DNA of 64,000 nt from Octopus sinensis (Eukaryota): the NCBI RefSeq assembly GCF_006345805.1, contig NC_043002.1, positions 29,016,001 to 29,080,000 of the forward strand, read 5' to 3'. The notes under the pieces were generated by a model, which ran no database searches, had not been told where the DNA came from, and saw only the letters and a list, made by a program, of their open reading frames with translations. Position numbers and translations under genes: made by a program. Positions 13,088 to 28,246 of the stretch are shown piece after piece; the stretch's first letter is position 1, and each line of letters begins with the position of its first letter.

Positions 13088-13456
13088 GGAGGCGCAATGG
13101 CCCAGTGGTTAGGGCAGCGGACTCGCGGTCATAGGATCGCGGTTTCGATTCCCAGACGGGCGTTGTGAGTGTTTATTGAGCCAAAGCTCCACGAGGCTCC
13201 GGCAGGGATGGTGGTGATCCCTGCTGTACTCTTCACCACAACTTTCTCTCCCCCACTTCCCTTTCTGTCTGTTATACCGTATTTCAAAGGGGCGCCTTGT
13301 CACCTCTGTGTCACGCTGAATATTCCCGAGAACTACGTTAAGGGTACACGTGTCTGTGGAGTGCTCAGCCACTTACACGTTAATTTCACGAGCTGGCTGT
13401 TCCGTTGATTCGGATCAACCGGAACCCTCGTCGTCGTAACCGACGGAGTGCTTCCA
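13088..13456 (+). mobile_element. tRNA-derived SINE, family C, apparently full length
   Basis: A box TGGCCCAGTGG and B box GTTTCGATTCC. Tail CACGTTAATTTCACGAGC..GGAACCCTCGTCGTCGTAACCGACGGAGTG is shared with 3308-3400 and 16187-16270. Confidence 0.9.
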
Positions 13457-13515
13457 TCCATAAGAATTATTTGTATACATACATACAACACACACAACAT
13501 ATATATATATTATAT

Positions 13516-13591
<76 letters not shown>

Positions 13592-13600
13592 TACGTATAC

Positions 13601-13631
<31 letters not shown>

Positions 13632-13694
13632 TACTTACATCTATATACATATATATATAGAAAATGCTTCAGCGAATATTTCATTGTTTATTCT

Positions 13695-14078
13695 GTTCTT
13701 TTATTCTTTTACTTGCTTAAGCTATTTGACTGCAGCCACGCTGGAGCACCGCCTCAAGTCGAACAAATCGACTTATACTTTGTAAGCCTAGTACTTATTC
13801 TGTCGGGGATGTAAACACACCAATAACGGTTATCAAGCGACGGAGGGGGACAAACACAGACACACATACAAATATATGCATAATACATATTCATATCTAT
13901 ATATATATATTTGTACGACGGGCTTCTTTCAGTTTCCATCTACCGAATCCACTCACATATTTTTGGTCGGCCCGAGACTATAGTAGAAGACACTTGCCCA
14001 AGTTGCCACGCAAAGGGACTGCACCTGCAACTTTGTTGTTGAGAAGCATGCTTCTTACCACACAGCCACCCCTGCGCC
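13695..14078 (-). mobile_element. SINE family B, full length
   Basis: Minus-strand head GGCGCAGGGGTGGCTGTGTGGTAAGAAG through to the TAAAAGAATAAAAGA tail. Confidence 0.88.
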
Positions 14079-15684
14079 TATTTACATTTCTTAAACATTT
14101 CTGATCATAATGTCTTTTGAACAGCAAACTTCAAGTGAGCTCATTTTGATCCTCCCCATCCACTTCACCACAACGTTAATTTTTAAATTACGCAAGAAAA
14201 AATATCAACCATATTGAGAACGCCTGTCCTAGCGTAACCAGCAGCAAAACTGTCGAACTATTATGTTTCCACAAGTACTTCCTTTCCTCAGCTAACTCAA
14301 GCTAATTTCATGAGCGATGGATTGCGGCATGTGTTCTTGTTTTAACTTGAAGATGAAACCAATACTGAATCCACTGCTAATAAATGTTTTCGTAATCTCG
14401 GTACGATTAAACAGAATAGCCTATTCTATGCTTCCTATTCCTAAACCTGTGAGCATAACACATAACTAAGATGGATATTCCAGATTGTGGTAACACCTGC
14501 AAAATATAGCGGGCCAAATTCTCTCAGAACATTCAGTACCATTGTCAAAAGAAGGAAAGGACATGTGAGGTACAATAACTAAACAGGACAATAGAATGGG
14601 CGAGACAAGATATTTTATCAACACTTTTGCAGGATTTGGACTAAAGTGATGTTAAGTTAAACGGTCCACATTTCGGAAGATTAGTAATGGTTAGCGTGTG
14701 TTACACTTGATATACGATTTCTTCTTATTTAATTAAACACAAAATCTGTAAAAGAATTAACTAACAAGATAGTCACATAAGAATCATTATGAAGACTCAG
14801 TCATTCTGATTCATCGTTTTCTGATTAAATATTGGGAAATTTTATGACGTGTATATAGGACTCAACTGACTGGTTTACAACATTTCACCCTAAATCAGCT
14901 TCTGAACGTGTGTGTGAGTGTATGTGTGTGCGTGTGTGGTGCGTGTGATCGCGCGCGTGTGTGCGTGTGTATATATATTATAAAATATATAAACAAATAC
15001 ATATATATATAAACACTTACACATATATATATATATTATATATATATATATATATATTATATATAATAAGTATATATATATATATATATACAAACGACCG
15101 CACTCACACACACACACATATATATATATATGGATTTTTATATTAAATAACCATACGTCCACATAAAATAAATATTAGGTACATACGCACTCATACACAT
15201 ACACGCACACACACACACACATACACACATATACAAACGCACACACATGAACACTTATGCACACACACACACATGCAAATACGCAAACATACAACACTTA
15301 CAAATTAATGATTGTATGGGGGTGTGTACGTATGTTTCAAAGGTTGTGGACGTGTACTTCAATAATGCTTTATGTATATTAACTTTATATATATATATAT
15401 ATGTGTGTGTGTATGCGTGTGTGTGTCTGTGTGTGTGCGTGTGTGTGCCTGTGCATGTGTGCGTGCATGTATATATAATACCTAAAGTAGTTTTTATACA
15501 CATATAAATCTATCTATTTATCTATCTATCTATCTATCTATCTATGTATATGTATGTATATATATATATGATATATATATAGATATATATATATATGTAC
15601 ATATATATATATATGCATATATACATACATAGATATATATATGTACGCATGTATGTATCTATACAACACATATTATGTATGCAA

Positions 15685-15728
<44 letters not shown>

Positions 15729-16086
15729 CACACACACACGCACCATACATTTGCGTATGTGTGTGTTTATGTCTAATTCAACGTTTTCAGATAATATAAT
15801 TGCAAAGTTGTAATATATCTACTTAAGGAAATCTCTCAATGCAAATGAGTGTATAAGCGTGTGTATAAATGATTCTCTGCGTATACGCATGATTATACAT
15901 TTATATTTGTGTAAGAGAGTGCGTAAGAGAGTATATAAGCATATAAATATATACGCATATACGTCAAAATATACGTCTTTATGTATACTACTTATCAATA
16001 TAAGTGACTAGCGTGTGTATAAATGTGTGTATATGGACATGATTAAGCGTCTTTGTGTCCCACATAGTGTGTATGTGAGTGTTGAT

Positions 16087-16186
16087 NNNNNNNNNNNNNN
16101 NNNNNNNNNNNNNNNNNNNNNNNNNNNNNNNNNNNNNNNNNNNNNNNNNNNNNNNNNNNNNNNNNNNNNNNNNNNNNNNNNNNNNN
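16087..16186. other. Assembly gap (100 N)
   Basis: Exactly 100 N, typical of an unsized scaffold join. Confidence 1.
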
Positions 16187-16270
16187 TCAGCCACTTGGAC
16201 GTGGAATTCACGAGCAGACTGTTCTGTTAAACGGATCAAATGGAACACTTTTCTTCGTAGCCAACAGAGT
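16187..16270 (+). mobile_element. SINE family C, 3' tail next to the gap
   Basis: TCAGCCACTTGGACGTGGAATTCACGAGCAGACTGTTC is homologous to 13365-13420. Confidence 0.75.
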
Positions 16271-16390
16271 TCCTGTCTTTCTATTTGTATGTAAGTGCAT
16301 ATATATGCATGTATGTATGTATGTATGTATGTATGTATGCATGTATGTATGTATGTATGTATGTATGTATGTATGCATGTATGTATGTAA

Positions 16391-16421
<31 letters not shown>

Positions 16422-16931
16422 TGTATGTATGCATGCATGTATGCATGTATGTATGTATGTATGCTTGTATGTATGATTTTGTGTGTATATTTCTCTATAT
16501 GTATCTGCGAGAATACGTTTTCTGTTTCTATATATGTGACTATATACATATGAGTTGAGTGCCTGCATACGTAAGTTTGTTTATATGTGAGATACGTGTA
16601 TGTAATTAATGTCCAACATGGGCAATGCAAGCATTTGATTCAACGTGATTTGAATGATGACAATGTTGACAGAGGATTGGTGTGAAGGGGAGTGAATGGA
16701 GAAAGAAGTGGTTGGAGATATGGAATTGGGGAGAGTGACTCTAAGATAAATACAGGGAGAGGCAGGGTGATGTACACCAACGAGGGAAAACGCAGCAATG
16801 ATCACATAGTCAAACAGATATATAGATAGATGCACACATCTGTACATGCATAAATACATATATACATATTTGCGCCTGTACATACACACACATGCACGCA
16901 CACACATATGTATGTGTGTGCATGTATGTAC

Positions 16932-16971
<40 letters not shown>

Positions 16972-18324
16972 CATACATGCATATATATATATATTATACA
17001 TATATATAAATACATACATACATACATATACATATATATATATACATATATACAATACACAGGCAGACACTGTCAGAGACATAGTAGGGCTAAAATTATG
17101 GAGACACATTACTCATTAAGTAAGCACACATGCGCACGCAACGTATATATACATACACAGACACACACACACACACTCACACTCATACACACATACATAT
17201 ACATAAATACATGTACAGTTGTACCTCTAGATATATGTGGAAGTATAAGCATATGGTAAAATATATTCTTGTCGCTGGCATGCCGTTACCATTTCGATCT
17301 CACAGTTCAGCGTCTCAAGTAAGGGTTTTACATCGTAGCTTGGGTTTCATTTGGCAATGCTAAGCTCTCAACCTTTTTCATTATGTTCTTGAAGTGTGTG
17401 TTCTCTGATTGCTGATCATGAGAAAGATGAAAATTGAACAAACAACATTGCTAGCAACACTGATATAAATAACAACGAGTCGAAGAGTGATCCTCTAAGC
17501 AGTTGCACATTCTGCATGTAACAGCAGTCAAATCTACAAATCATCCTCTTACTGTTTTATAAAACAGAATGGAAGACACACAGGATAAGGCAGTCCATAG
17601 ATATATTTAAAAGTTAACGAAAATGTCAAGGATGGAATACGTTTTGATCATAGGTCTCCTTCATCGTAGTTGACCGTGGAGTTAAATATCAATATTATCA
17701 ACAAAGTCAAGAATAACAACAAAAACATCAACAATTGTAATAGTATAATATAGACTTATACATATTTTTAAAAATATTATGTATTCCTTATATTTTGATA
17801 AACGTGTTATCTTTTTAATCAATAACATTGCAAGAGAAACAGCACTGTTATCATGCTGATGATGATGATGATAATCATCATCATTATCATCGTCGTCGTC
17901 GTCGTCGTCATCATCTCATCATCATCATCATCATCATAATCATCATCATCATCATCATCATCATAGGCACTGGCGTAACGTTCTGAATTGATAATAAGTT
18001 TTAGGAGTGGCTGTGTGGTAAGAATTTTGTTTCCCATTCATATGGTCCCGGGATAGGTCCACTTTCATCCAGACGCACACCATTATCAGCGCCATCATCG
18101 TCAGCATCAGAAATATCACCAATGTGGTTTACTATTTTCTTCACCACGCAGCCAATTACCAAGACGAGGTAACAGAATAAGTTTTACATGGTTCAGTCTT
18201 TTAGAAATCACAGCCAAATTTCCCTCAAGTTTTGCACCACCGGCTTAAATATTCAAACCTTGCATGAGATGATGAACATCCTCACAGTTAGAAAGGCTTT
18301 TATCAAAGTGTATGTGTGTGTGTT

Positions 18325-18355
<31 letters not shown>

Positions 18356-18828
18356 GGGCGGAGGGAGACAGAGAAAATTGTTGTGAAATCGCTGTGTAAC
18401 AGAAGCAGATTTCACACAGTTAAACTTGGCATTCAGGGGCATTGTATATAAACACCCAATTTTGAAATCAGTACCTCTATAATTTCTAAGCAGAATACCT
18501 CAAACGAAACTCATTTCGTGGCCATGTGATGTCTTCTGGGGCCACACTACGTTTCCAGTATTGTGGGAAGATTATACATTAAAGCATGAATAATAGCAGT
18601 ACAAACTGTACTGTGGATATCATTATTCTGAACAGCTTCTTAAACCTCTCAATACAATCATTGTACGTATCAAAGCGAAATCTGGAAATGGTAGATTACA
18701 TTAAGATCACGATTTTATCATCATAGTAAAGAGCAGAGTATAGTGCAAAAATCAGCTCCCAAGGAATGATGCATAGGCATTTTAGAGGTTATGCCAGATG
18801 ACTTGAGTGTCTCTTATTCGTGTATATA

Positions 18829-19026
18829 CGGGAGTTGCGGCGAGGGCTCTGAAAAGTTTCTGGCTTTGGGTAAAAGAATATACGGGAGGATCACTTAATT
18901 ATGATTTATTCGACTTGCAGCAGTCCTTCAGTGTTTCTAAACTCTGTAAAAGAACTTGGAAGGTTGCTCCTTCAACCAGGCCTTTCGCGATACACTTAAA
19001 GCCAAGAACATTTCAGCAATTCCTCG
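18829..19026. mobile_element. Mariner-derived MITE (~200 bp)
   Basis: TA|CGGGAGTTGC..CTGAAAAGTTTCTGGCTTT on the left and AAAGCCAAGAACATTTCAGCAATTCCTCG|TA on the right: imperfect TIRs with TA duplication. Confidence 0.7.
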
Positions 19027-19739
19027 TATGTGTGTGCGTGTGGTAACTTACCTCAAGACCCTATACATCTGCAAGTGAAACTCGGAGTAGCAAGAGACTG
19101 ACTCGCCCAAAATAAACACGATAAAAAAACTATTAATTTCAGTTATGATATCGATTACTTCTTTTTTCTTGACAGTCAACACTAAACGGATATGTATGTG
19201 TGTACGTGTGTGCGTGTGTCTGCTGTGTGTGCGCGCTCACACACACACATATACAAAGATGAGTATGTGTATATATAAGCGAACTCATATGTTTGTGTGC
19301 TTATGACACGCTTTGTTTATCTATGTGTATATATTTATATGTGTGTATATGTACATTCACTCATATATAGTGGCCGTTGGCTTGCTCTGTAAATTTAAAT
19401 GCTTACATGTTTACATGTATTGTTCAATGTATGTTTTAACGGCAATAGGTGTCTTTACTGTCTGGTCAAGTGTGACGTGCTATTTTTCAATTTATAACGG
19501 GGGAGCGTGAAATAAAAGGCATGTAACTAGCTCTGGCCAAGCCCATCTATATATATACATACAAAAGTGGACACATAGATAGACATACACACCTAACACA
19601 CACACAAGCTACACACACACACACGTGCACACACACACACGTGCACACACACACACGTGCACACATACACACGTGCACACACACACATGCACACACACAC
19701 ACATTACTCAAAAGTACACGGAAACATTATATGTGGGAT

Positions 19740-20352
19740 ACGCCTGTTGTAGATCAGGCCTCAGTCTGCCGACCGACGTTCTCTTTTGAGGTTGTGCTGC
19801 TAAGGGGTGCGTCTTTGTTTTGCAGTGCTTCTCCCTTGTTCTTCGATTTTTACGTTGGCTGAAACGAAGGAACAGCGTACTTCCGTGAAATTCTGTTTTC
19901 TGCAGGAAAATTCTGTTTTCTGGAGAAAACGGCGACCGAAACAGCTGTCATGCTTCAAACATCTTACAAAAACGGTACCATGAGCAAAACACAAGTTTAC
20001 GATTGGTTTTCACGCTTTAGGAATGGTCCCTTGTCACTTGATGACCAACCTCATTCAGGGCGACTGTCGACCTGCCGAATGAATGAAAACATCACAACAA
20101 TTCGTGAACTGATCTTGAAGGACCGTCACCAAACAATAGACTTGTGATATGACTGGTGTGTCCGGGAGCTCCTGCAAAAGAAATTTTGAGCGAGGAATTG
20201 CGAATGAAAAGAGTTGCAGCAAAATTTGTGCCCCGCTTGCTCACGGAAGATCAATAGCAATCACGATTGAGTGCGTGTCGTGAACTGAAAGAACAGTTGG
20301 AAATTGATCCAGACCCTTTTTCAAAGCTCGTCAGTGGTGACGAAAGCTAATG
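19740..20352 (+). mobile_element. Mariner transposase relic, N-terminal half (irritans-like)
   Basis: QRTSVKFCF..KTATETAVMLQTSY..VYDWFSRFRNG..DQPHSGR..MKRVAAKFVPRLLTEDQ..SGDES, with frameshifts and stops. Confidence 0.9.
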
Positions 20353-20649
20353 CTAAGGAAATTTGCAGATTTCATCTTCATCTATGTTTAACTGCAAAAC
20401 GTCATTTGTAAAGACCCCCCCCCCAAAGCACATTCACATATGGCTACAGAGAGAAAGAAGAGAGAGGTGGGTGAGAACTAATTCTTCCTTTGTTAAATTT
20501 TGACGTGTTTTAGAACAGAACATAGACGTCATGTTGATGTCACATACCGTATGATATGTCACCGACTAATCTTTTCGTTTTTACAAATATTTCGGTTTTC
20601 CGCTTCAGGTTTATCCTGTCCAATTTCCTGAATATTCGTTTCTACTCCA

Positions 20650-21035
20650 TGCACAAGGCCCGAAATTTTTGGTGATGGGGCCACTCGATTAGTCGATCCC
20701 AGTACACAACTGATACTTAATTTATCGACCCCGAAAAGATGAAAGGCAAAGTCGACCTCGGCGGAATTTGAACTCAGAACGTAAAGACGAACGAAATACC
20801 GCCAAGAATTTCGTTCGGTGTGCTAACGTTTCTGCCAGCTCGCAGCCTTCAAATTCCTGAATGTTAACGTAAAATTATGCTGGCGGAAAGCTGGTGGAAC
20901 CAATCGAAGTCGGTTTAAATTCCTTGTGGTATTTCTTCCGACGCTTTATGTGATTAGTTCAAATCCCGTCTAGGTCACCTTAGTTTTTCATCCTTTCAGG
21001 GTCGTTAAAATAAAGAATCAATGAAGTACTGGGTT
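20650..21035. mobile_element. Divergent pair of family-A SINEs (20650-20848 minus; 20881-21035 plus, decayed)
   Basis: Family-A core GTCGACCTCGGCGGAATTTGAACTCAGAAC, followed by a decayed reverse copy. Confidence 0.75.
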
Positions 21036-21871
21036 TTATGATATCAACAAAAACTAGAAATGTTGAGCTTTTTCCTAAATTAGAAATGATTGTTATATAC
21101 TGAGCTCCACAAGATTCTGCCCGAGCACATTGCGATATTATAAGTGGAAAACAAACAAACCACACCATGTCGAGCTTAGATGGGCATAAATGTGTATATG
21201 TATGTATGCATAAAAGTTGTGTTGCATGTATAAATCTATGTTTCTATACACGTTGTTGTTTCTACGTAGGTAAATAGGGTTTCAGTCGTGTGATAGGAGG
21301 CAGACTGTTATGTACAAATAAATACACATAAATAGATGTAGAGAAAGTAGATATATATCTCCCCTCACCCCCGCTATCTTTCTGTGTACAAATATACATA
21401 GAAAGATAAAGGAGAAAAATAGACAAATGATGACATTTAATAATAGATATATTGGTTATTAAATGTAACAACATGAACAAAACCACGATGTTTCGCAGTA
21501 CTGAACTTGGTAATGTTGAAGGAATGCAATAAAGTAACAAATAACTGCACACACAGAGTAACTGAAACGGAAATAAACAGAAACATTCAGACAGACAGAC
21601 GGATAGATATGCACACAGACACGCACTCACACACACATAAGAGCACAAGAGACCCAAATACACACAAATATAAAGGGGGGAAGGGAGGGCGCGAACATAT
21701 AGAAATGTTTAAAAAATGCTCTCATATATATTAGTTTATGTGAATCTCCCTCTCAATCTCTGTCTCTGTCTATCTATTTGTCTGCCTGTCTTATTTCAAT
21801 ATCTCTCTCTCTCGCTCTCTCTGTATACGAGTATGTGATTATATGCGTGTATGTATGTGTGAGAGATACAT

Positions 21872-21908
<37 letters not shown>

Positions 21909-23410
21909 GGAGAAAGAATAGGACTATACATGTATCCCCTCCATCTTCCTTTTTATCACAGATTTTTTTGTCCCCGCATACGCACCCTTTCCCTTATTAG
22001 ACATCATTCACATACGCACTGAAACACAAACACACATACATGCCTGTAGGTATGTATGTATACATATGCATTTATATAAATATTTATGATAATATATATA
22101 TACATACATACATACAGACATATACTGCGCGCGCTAGTATGTGTATATATATATAATAAAATTACTGCTTCGTGCAAAATTAGCTTGGTAATGTTTAGAG
22201 CAATAACAGCTGAACTGAAAGGTCAGCAGAAATTACATCATGTCGCATGATTTAATGTAATATATAAATTTATTAAATATATTAAATATATCTTTTCCGG
22301 ATACTAGTTCAAGTTTCTAGAACTCATAACAAATGTACATATAGCCAAAAAAATTGTTTTGTGTATAACATATACTTAACTTTTGATATTTTAATTGCTA
22401 AAAGTTTATATTTCATCACAGCTGCCATTCAGAAAAGCAGGAGCTTGCGTACACGTAGTATATTCATTAGATGTGTGTATGTGTGGGTGTGCTTGTGTTT
22501 GTGAGTGTGTGTATATATATGGATATATATATACACATATATATATATTGTATGTATATACAGGTATGTATACAGGTATATATATACACACACACATATA
22601 TACATATACATATATATGTATGCATGTGTGTGTATGTGCATGAGTATGTGTGCGTGTGTGTGTGTATGCATGTATGATTTCATGATACAATTAAGTTTTC
22701 TGATACCTATCTTTTATGCTACGTATATATATATATATATACACACATACACACTTATATATATATATATGTATAAATATATATATATATATACACTTTC
22801 AAAAGGGAAAGAAAGAGAACTCAATACAGGCATGCGTGCGTGAACATATTTTCAAAAATATATTTTCTTTTGTCAGTCAGTGTTTGTATCGACGACATGT
22901 TTGTATGTTTGCAATGGTTGATTGGTTGACAGGTATGTTGGATGGTAGAATAGCATGCGTCATTGCCTTATAGCTCGGTCTCGCGTTATTTTCGTCACCC
23001 CCGCATTTCTCTCCCCGAATCAAGTGACCGTTATGATAAATCTTCCTTGACTAACCAATACAACTTGCGCTCCTCTGTGGCATTACAAAAAACTCAACCA
23101 CGGTTGTTTGGCTAGACCCAGACTTTGGATGGCGCGATTGGCTAGTAACCAAAGAGCGTTTCTCCAGATTCCATTGTTCTATTATTCTTTTGCTTCTTCA
23201 ACTATTTATTTATATATTCATTTACATATTTTCGTAATTATCGTTGGAAGGGAGGCTAACATTTATGTTTTGTTCACTTATAGAAGTAATGTTTGTTAAT
23301 ATATCAGTGTGATATCTTGATTTATATTCTTGAATTTTTTTTCTGTCGATGCAACGTATCACGTTCTACATTTACCTATCCGTCTGTGTCTCAATCACTC
23401 TCCCTATTCC

Positions 23411-23441
<31 letters not shown>

Positions 23442-24749
23442 CACATTCCCATCTACATACTAGTTCTCTATCTTTCTTATTCTTCTTTTAACTCTCCTTC
23501 TTCTCTCTCCCTATATGTGTGAGCGTGTGTGTTTGTGTGTGTGTGTGTGTGTGAAATCGTGCGCGCGTAATATAATATAGTAGATAATAATATCAATATA
23601 ATATTATCATTATCATTATGATATACTATACACATAAATCGATGTATAAAAATTATAATTTACTATATTGAACACTCATATTTATATATGTACATGCATA
23701 CAGGTATTTAAATATATGATTGTGTGTGCGCACATATATGATTATATGTCAATAATCTGTAAAGAAATGCCTATACTAATAAAAAATATTGCTCATATTT
23801 ATATGCAACATTCATAAAAGCAAAAACAACCATTTCTCATGTGGTAGAATTGGAATGATAGACGTAATTTAAGAATATACATACATGCATGCATACATAC
23901 ATACATATATGCATACATGCATATATACATAAATACATATATATATATATATATGCATATATACAATCATACAGATATGTATATATATATATATAAATAT
24001 ATATATATATATGTATACTCACACACATATTCATACACACGCAAACACACACACACACGCACACACACACACATATGCACAGAAATATACGTCTGTAGTC
24101 CGCACAGATTTATATATATTTACAGAGGATGAGTGGAAAAGAGACAGAGAAATAAATCTATCGTGAATGCAAATCATATATAAGAAAAAAACAAAAAAAA
24201 ACAGGGAATATTATATTCCATAGAATTCAGATATTGGTGTATAGCAGAATTAATGTAAAAGAGACTTAATATAGTGAAGGTTAAATGACATTAATAATGG
24301 TCATGAAAAATATATAGCAATTATAGTGCTAGTATTGATAATATTAATAATCCTAATGAATTTAGAGGACATACTAGATAAGATGGGGTGTAGATAGACA
24401 AGAAGATATAAAAAAAAATATCAGTTACAGACATTTCAATGCAGCATTAATATGCACAACATTGAGTGTAAGTGCATGTGCGTTTGTGTATTTGTGTGAA
24501 CTTGTGTGTGTATGTATGTGTGTGCGTGGTGTGTGTGTGTGTGTGTGTGTGTGAGTGTGTGCATGCGCACTTGTGAGTGTGTATGCTGTATTCTTTAATT
24601 CGTTCATTTGCTTTAATTTACTTCACAGTGCGTGTGTACGTGTGCCTGTGTAGATAAATACGAAGCTATGTATACATATATATATGTGTGTGTATATGTG
24701 TTGTATATATATATATATATATATATACTATGTGTGTGTATATATGTGT

Positions 24750-24819
<70 letters not shown>

Positions 24820-25056
24820 GATATGAGGATATGCGAATATATATCTATATATATGCATATATATTGTGTGTGTATATAAACATATATGATATAAATATAT
24901 GTGAATATATATGTCCATGTCCATATAGCATATACCTATACACATATACACATCTATGTATAAGTGTATATATATGTGTGTGTGTATGTTTGTGTGTATG
25001 CATATGCATATGTAAATATGTATACACACACACGCACACACACACACACACACACA

Positions 25057-25093
<37 letters not shown>

Positions 25094-25413
25094 CGCATAT
25101 GCGTACATTTATATATATACATATCTATATGTAATTGTATTTTTTATGTATTACTATTTGTATACATAGTTTTCTCTCTTTTCTTCAGTTATTCTTTTGT
25201 CTCATTTAGCTTAGCTATTGTAAGAGATCACCTAATGCCTTTTTTTATTCCTTTTTTTACGCATTCTCTCGTTCAATATCTCGCACATTCTCGTTCAGTC
25301 TCGCTCACTCTCACCTATTTCTTATTACCTCTATATTTCTCCTGCGCATAAACATGTATGCATATCTCCAACATTTTATTCCAGGGTGTTGTTTTTTTTT
25401 CTATCCCCTTTTT

Positions 25414-25474
<61 letters not shown>

Positions 25475-26980
25475 TGTGTGGTGTGACTTAATGCTTATTG
25501 TTCAATGGCAGATAATGCCGAGTGATTTTATCTTGGCTTACAAGGATAGGTGAATATTGGTTAACCACTTGGACAACAGATATTAAAAGGCGTGCCAAAA
25601 GGCCCAGTATCGTTTTAACTATGCGATTGCTAATCTCCGCCATGGAAACACCGGCCAGGCGGACAAATTCAAACACAGAGCAAATAAATAACATGACATT
25701 GCGAATAATATGTTCTACTTTAGATTTCGTATTTCTACGTTTACGCCTATAACGTGTGTGGTGTGTGTTTGTGTGTGTGTGTGTGTTTGAGTGCGTGTGT
25801 CATTGTACGCATATATATATACATACACATACAAACATACTGTAAATGCACACACTCAGACATACACGCACACGCACACATAGATATATATGCATATATA
25901 CATGCACATTTCAATATAGAGTTTATTGATATACTTTATGCATTCTTGTTCTAATATGTGATACATACATACATACATATACATAATATATATGTGTGTG
26001 AGTATATATAATATATATATATATATATAGATATATATATATATTATATATATGTGTGTGAGTATATATATATATATATAGTGTCTGTAATATATATATA
26101 CATACATGTGCACATATATATGTATATACATAATGTCTGTATATATATATATATATTTATTTTTATATATTTGTCTATATATATTTATATATGTCTATGT
26201 ATACATGTTTGTGAATGTGTGTGTGTGTGTGTGTGTGTGCGTGCGTGTCTGTGTTAGAGAGTGTGAGTTTTTCCGTGTATATGTGTCTGGATGTGTAATG
26301 ACGAATGCAAAATAAGGGAAAAATAAAGAGAAAGTATGATTCGGAATGATTTGATAGGGAAAAATTAAGGAAGTAAGGAAAAGAACAAATGAGACAGAGA
26401 GCGATATAGATAGATAGATAGGTAGATAGAGAGAGAGAGAGTGAGAGAGAGAGAGAGGGAGAAAGAGTGGAAGAGAGAGAGAGAGATAGTAAAGGAGTGA
26501 GGAAATAAAAAAAGGGAGCATGTGGAAGATGTGTGGAAACGATATATTATTTGTTCGTTCTGTTTTGATTATCGAAAAATGTAGTTATATTATCGATATA
26601 CAACTGAAAAGTTTCTGCTCAGTTGTTGCTAACAAAAGTTTGCATAAACATAAACACGAAATAATAGGTGTACAAACTCATTTATACATCTGTGTGTGTG
26701 TGTGTGTATGTGTGTATGTGTGCGTGTATTTATGTATATATGCATATGTGCACGTATACTTGTACATATGTATGTATGTGTATGTGTACGCATAAAAGTA
26801 TATATATATGTATGTATAATTGCATAAACTATATATATATATATATATATATACATACAAAAATTTATACACACACACATTAACAGTGTATAACATCATA
26901 TAAATATAATGTACATAGTTATACACTTGTATATAAAGTAATAAATGGTAATACATACATGCATATATAATACGTACATG

Positions 26981-27015
<35 letters not shown>

Positions 27016-27106
27016 ATATATATATATACATATATACATATATATATAATAATATATATATATATATAATATAACATATATATATATATATACACTATAT
27101 ATATAT

Positions 27107-27149
<43 letters not shown>

Positions 27150-27594
27150 CTGTACATGTATGTATATACCCAAACATCTATCTAGGTTAATATGAATGTA
27201 TTTACATATAGATATTTATATATGTTTTTATATTTACACATTACATATATTTATGTGTGTTTGTAACATGTGTATGTCGGTGTGCGTGTAGTGTTATGCC
27301 TGTTTGTATGCGTGTATGCGTGTATGCGTGCATGTTTGTGTCTGTCTGTCTGTTCGTTGGGGGTTATTACTACGTTCAACATTGTACGCTGAGCTGATCT
27401 GAATAATCTGGAAGCACAAACCAAATCTGAACAAAGAGCTTTAATTTCATAAACATACATAAACCACTATATTTCTTATTGGCGTTGCCCAGTAGATGGA
27501 ACCACAAACACAGAAACTCAGAAAACACACACATATATATATATAACACCATACACACAAATATCCATACAGCAGATACAGCATACATATATAC

Positions 27595-27649
<55 letters not shown>

Positions 27650-27809
27650 AACAATCTATACACACATACACACTCCGATTTTTCCGCCTATGATTTCCAT
27701 CAATGTATTGATGTCAATTCTACCTTATGTTTTGTATTCAATATTGATATCATTGTTATACTTGTTGTTGCAGTCTTTGTTGTGTTTATTGTTGAATTGT
27801 TTGTAGCAC

Positions 27810-27844
<35 letters not shown>

Positions 27845-27864
27845 ATAGTAGTAGTAGTAGTTGC

Positions 27865-27895
<31 letters not shown>

Positions 27896-28208
27896 GCTAT
27901 GCTTGCTCTTTATGTTAATGTTGTTTATGTTGATATATTACTTGTCATGTTAAATGTTATCAGAGGTGAAAACAGCGGTGTAGCGATGAAGCTGAAAGAA
28001 CAAAGCAATAATATACATTCATATATACACATCAACAAACACACACGTCTCTCTTTCTTTTTTTTTCTTTTCTCTCTCACACCTCTATCTCTCTCTTTCT
28101 CCATATATATTATATATATATATATATATATACATAATATATATAAGTATATCTATGTATGTATTTATTATATATGTAATATGTATATATATATATTTAT
28201 AATATATA

Positions 28209-28246
<38 letters not shown>

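Noticed and set aside
14100-14640. Possible hAT C-terminal remnant (GFS...QSH) on the minus strand
   Set aside because: Motif spacing is wrong and it is not colinear with the 12425-12600 scrap.
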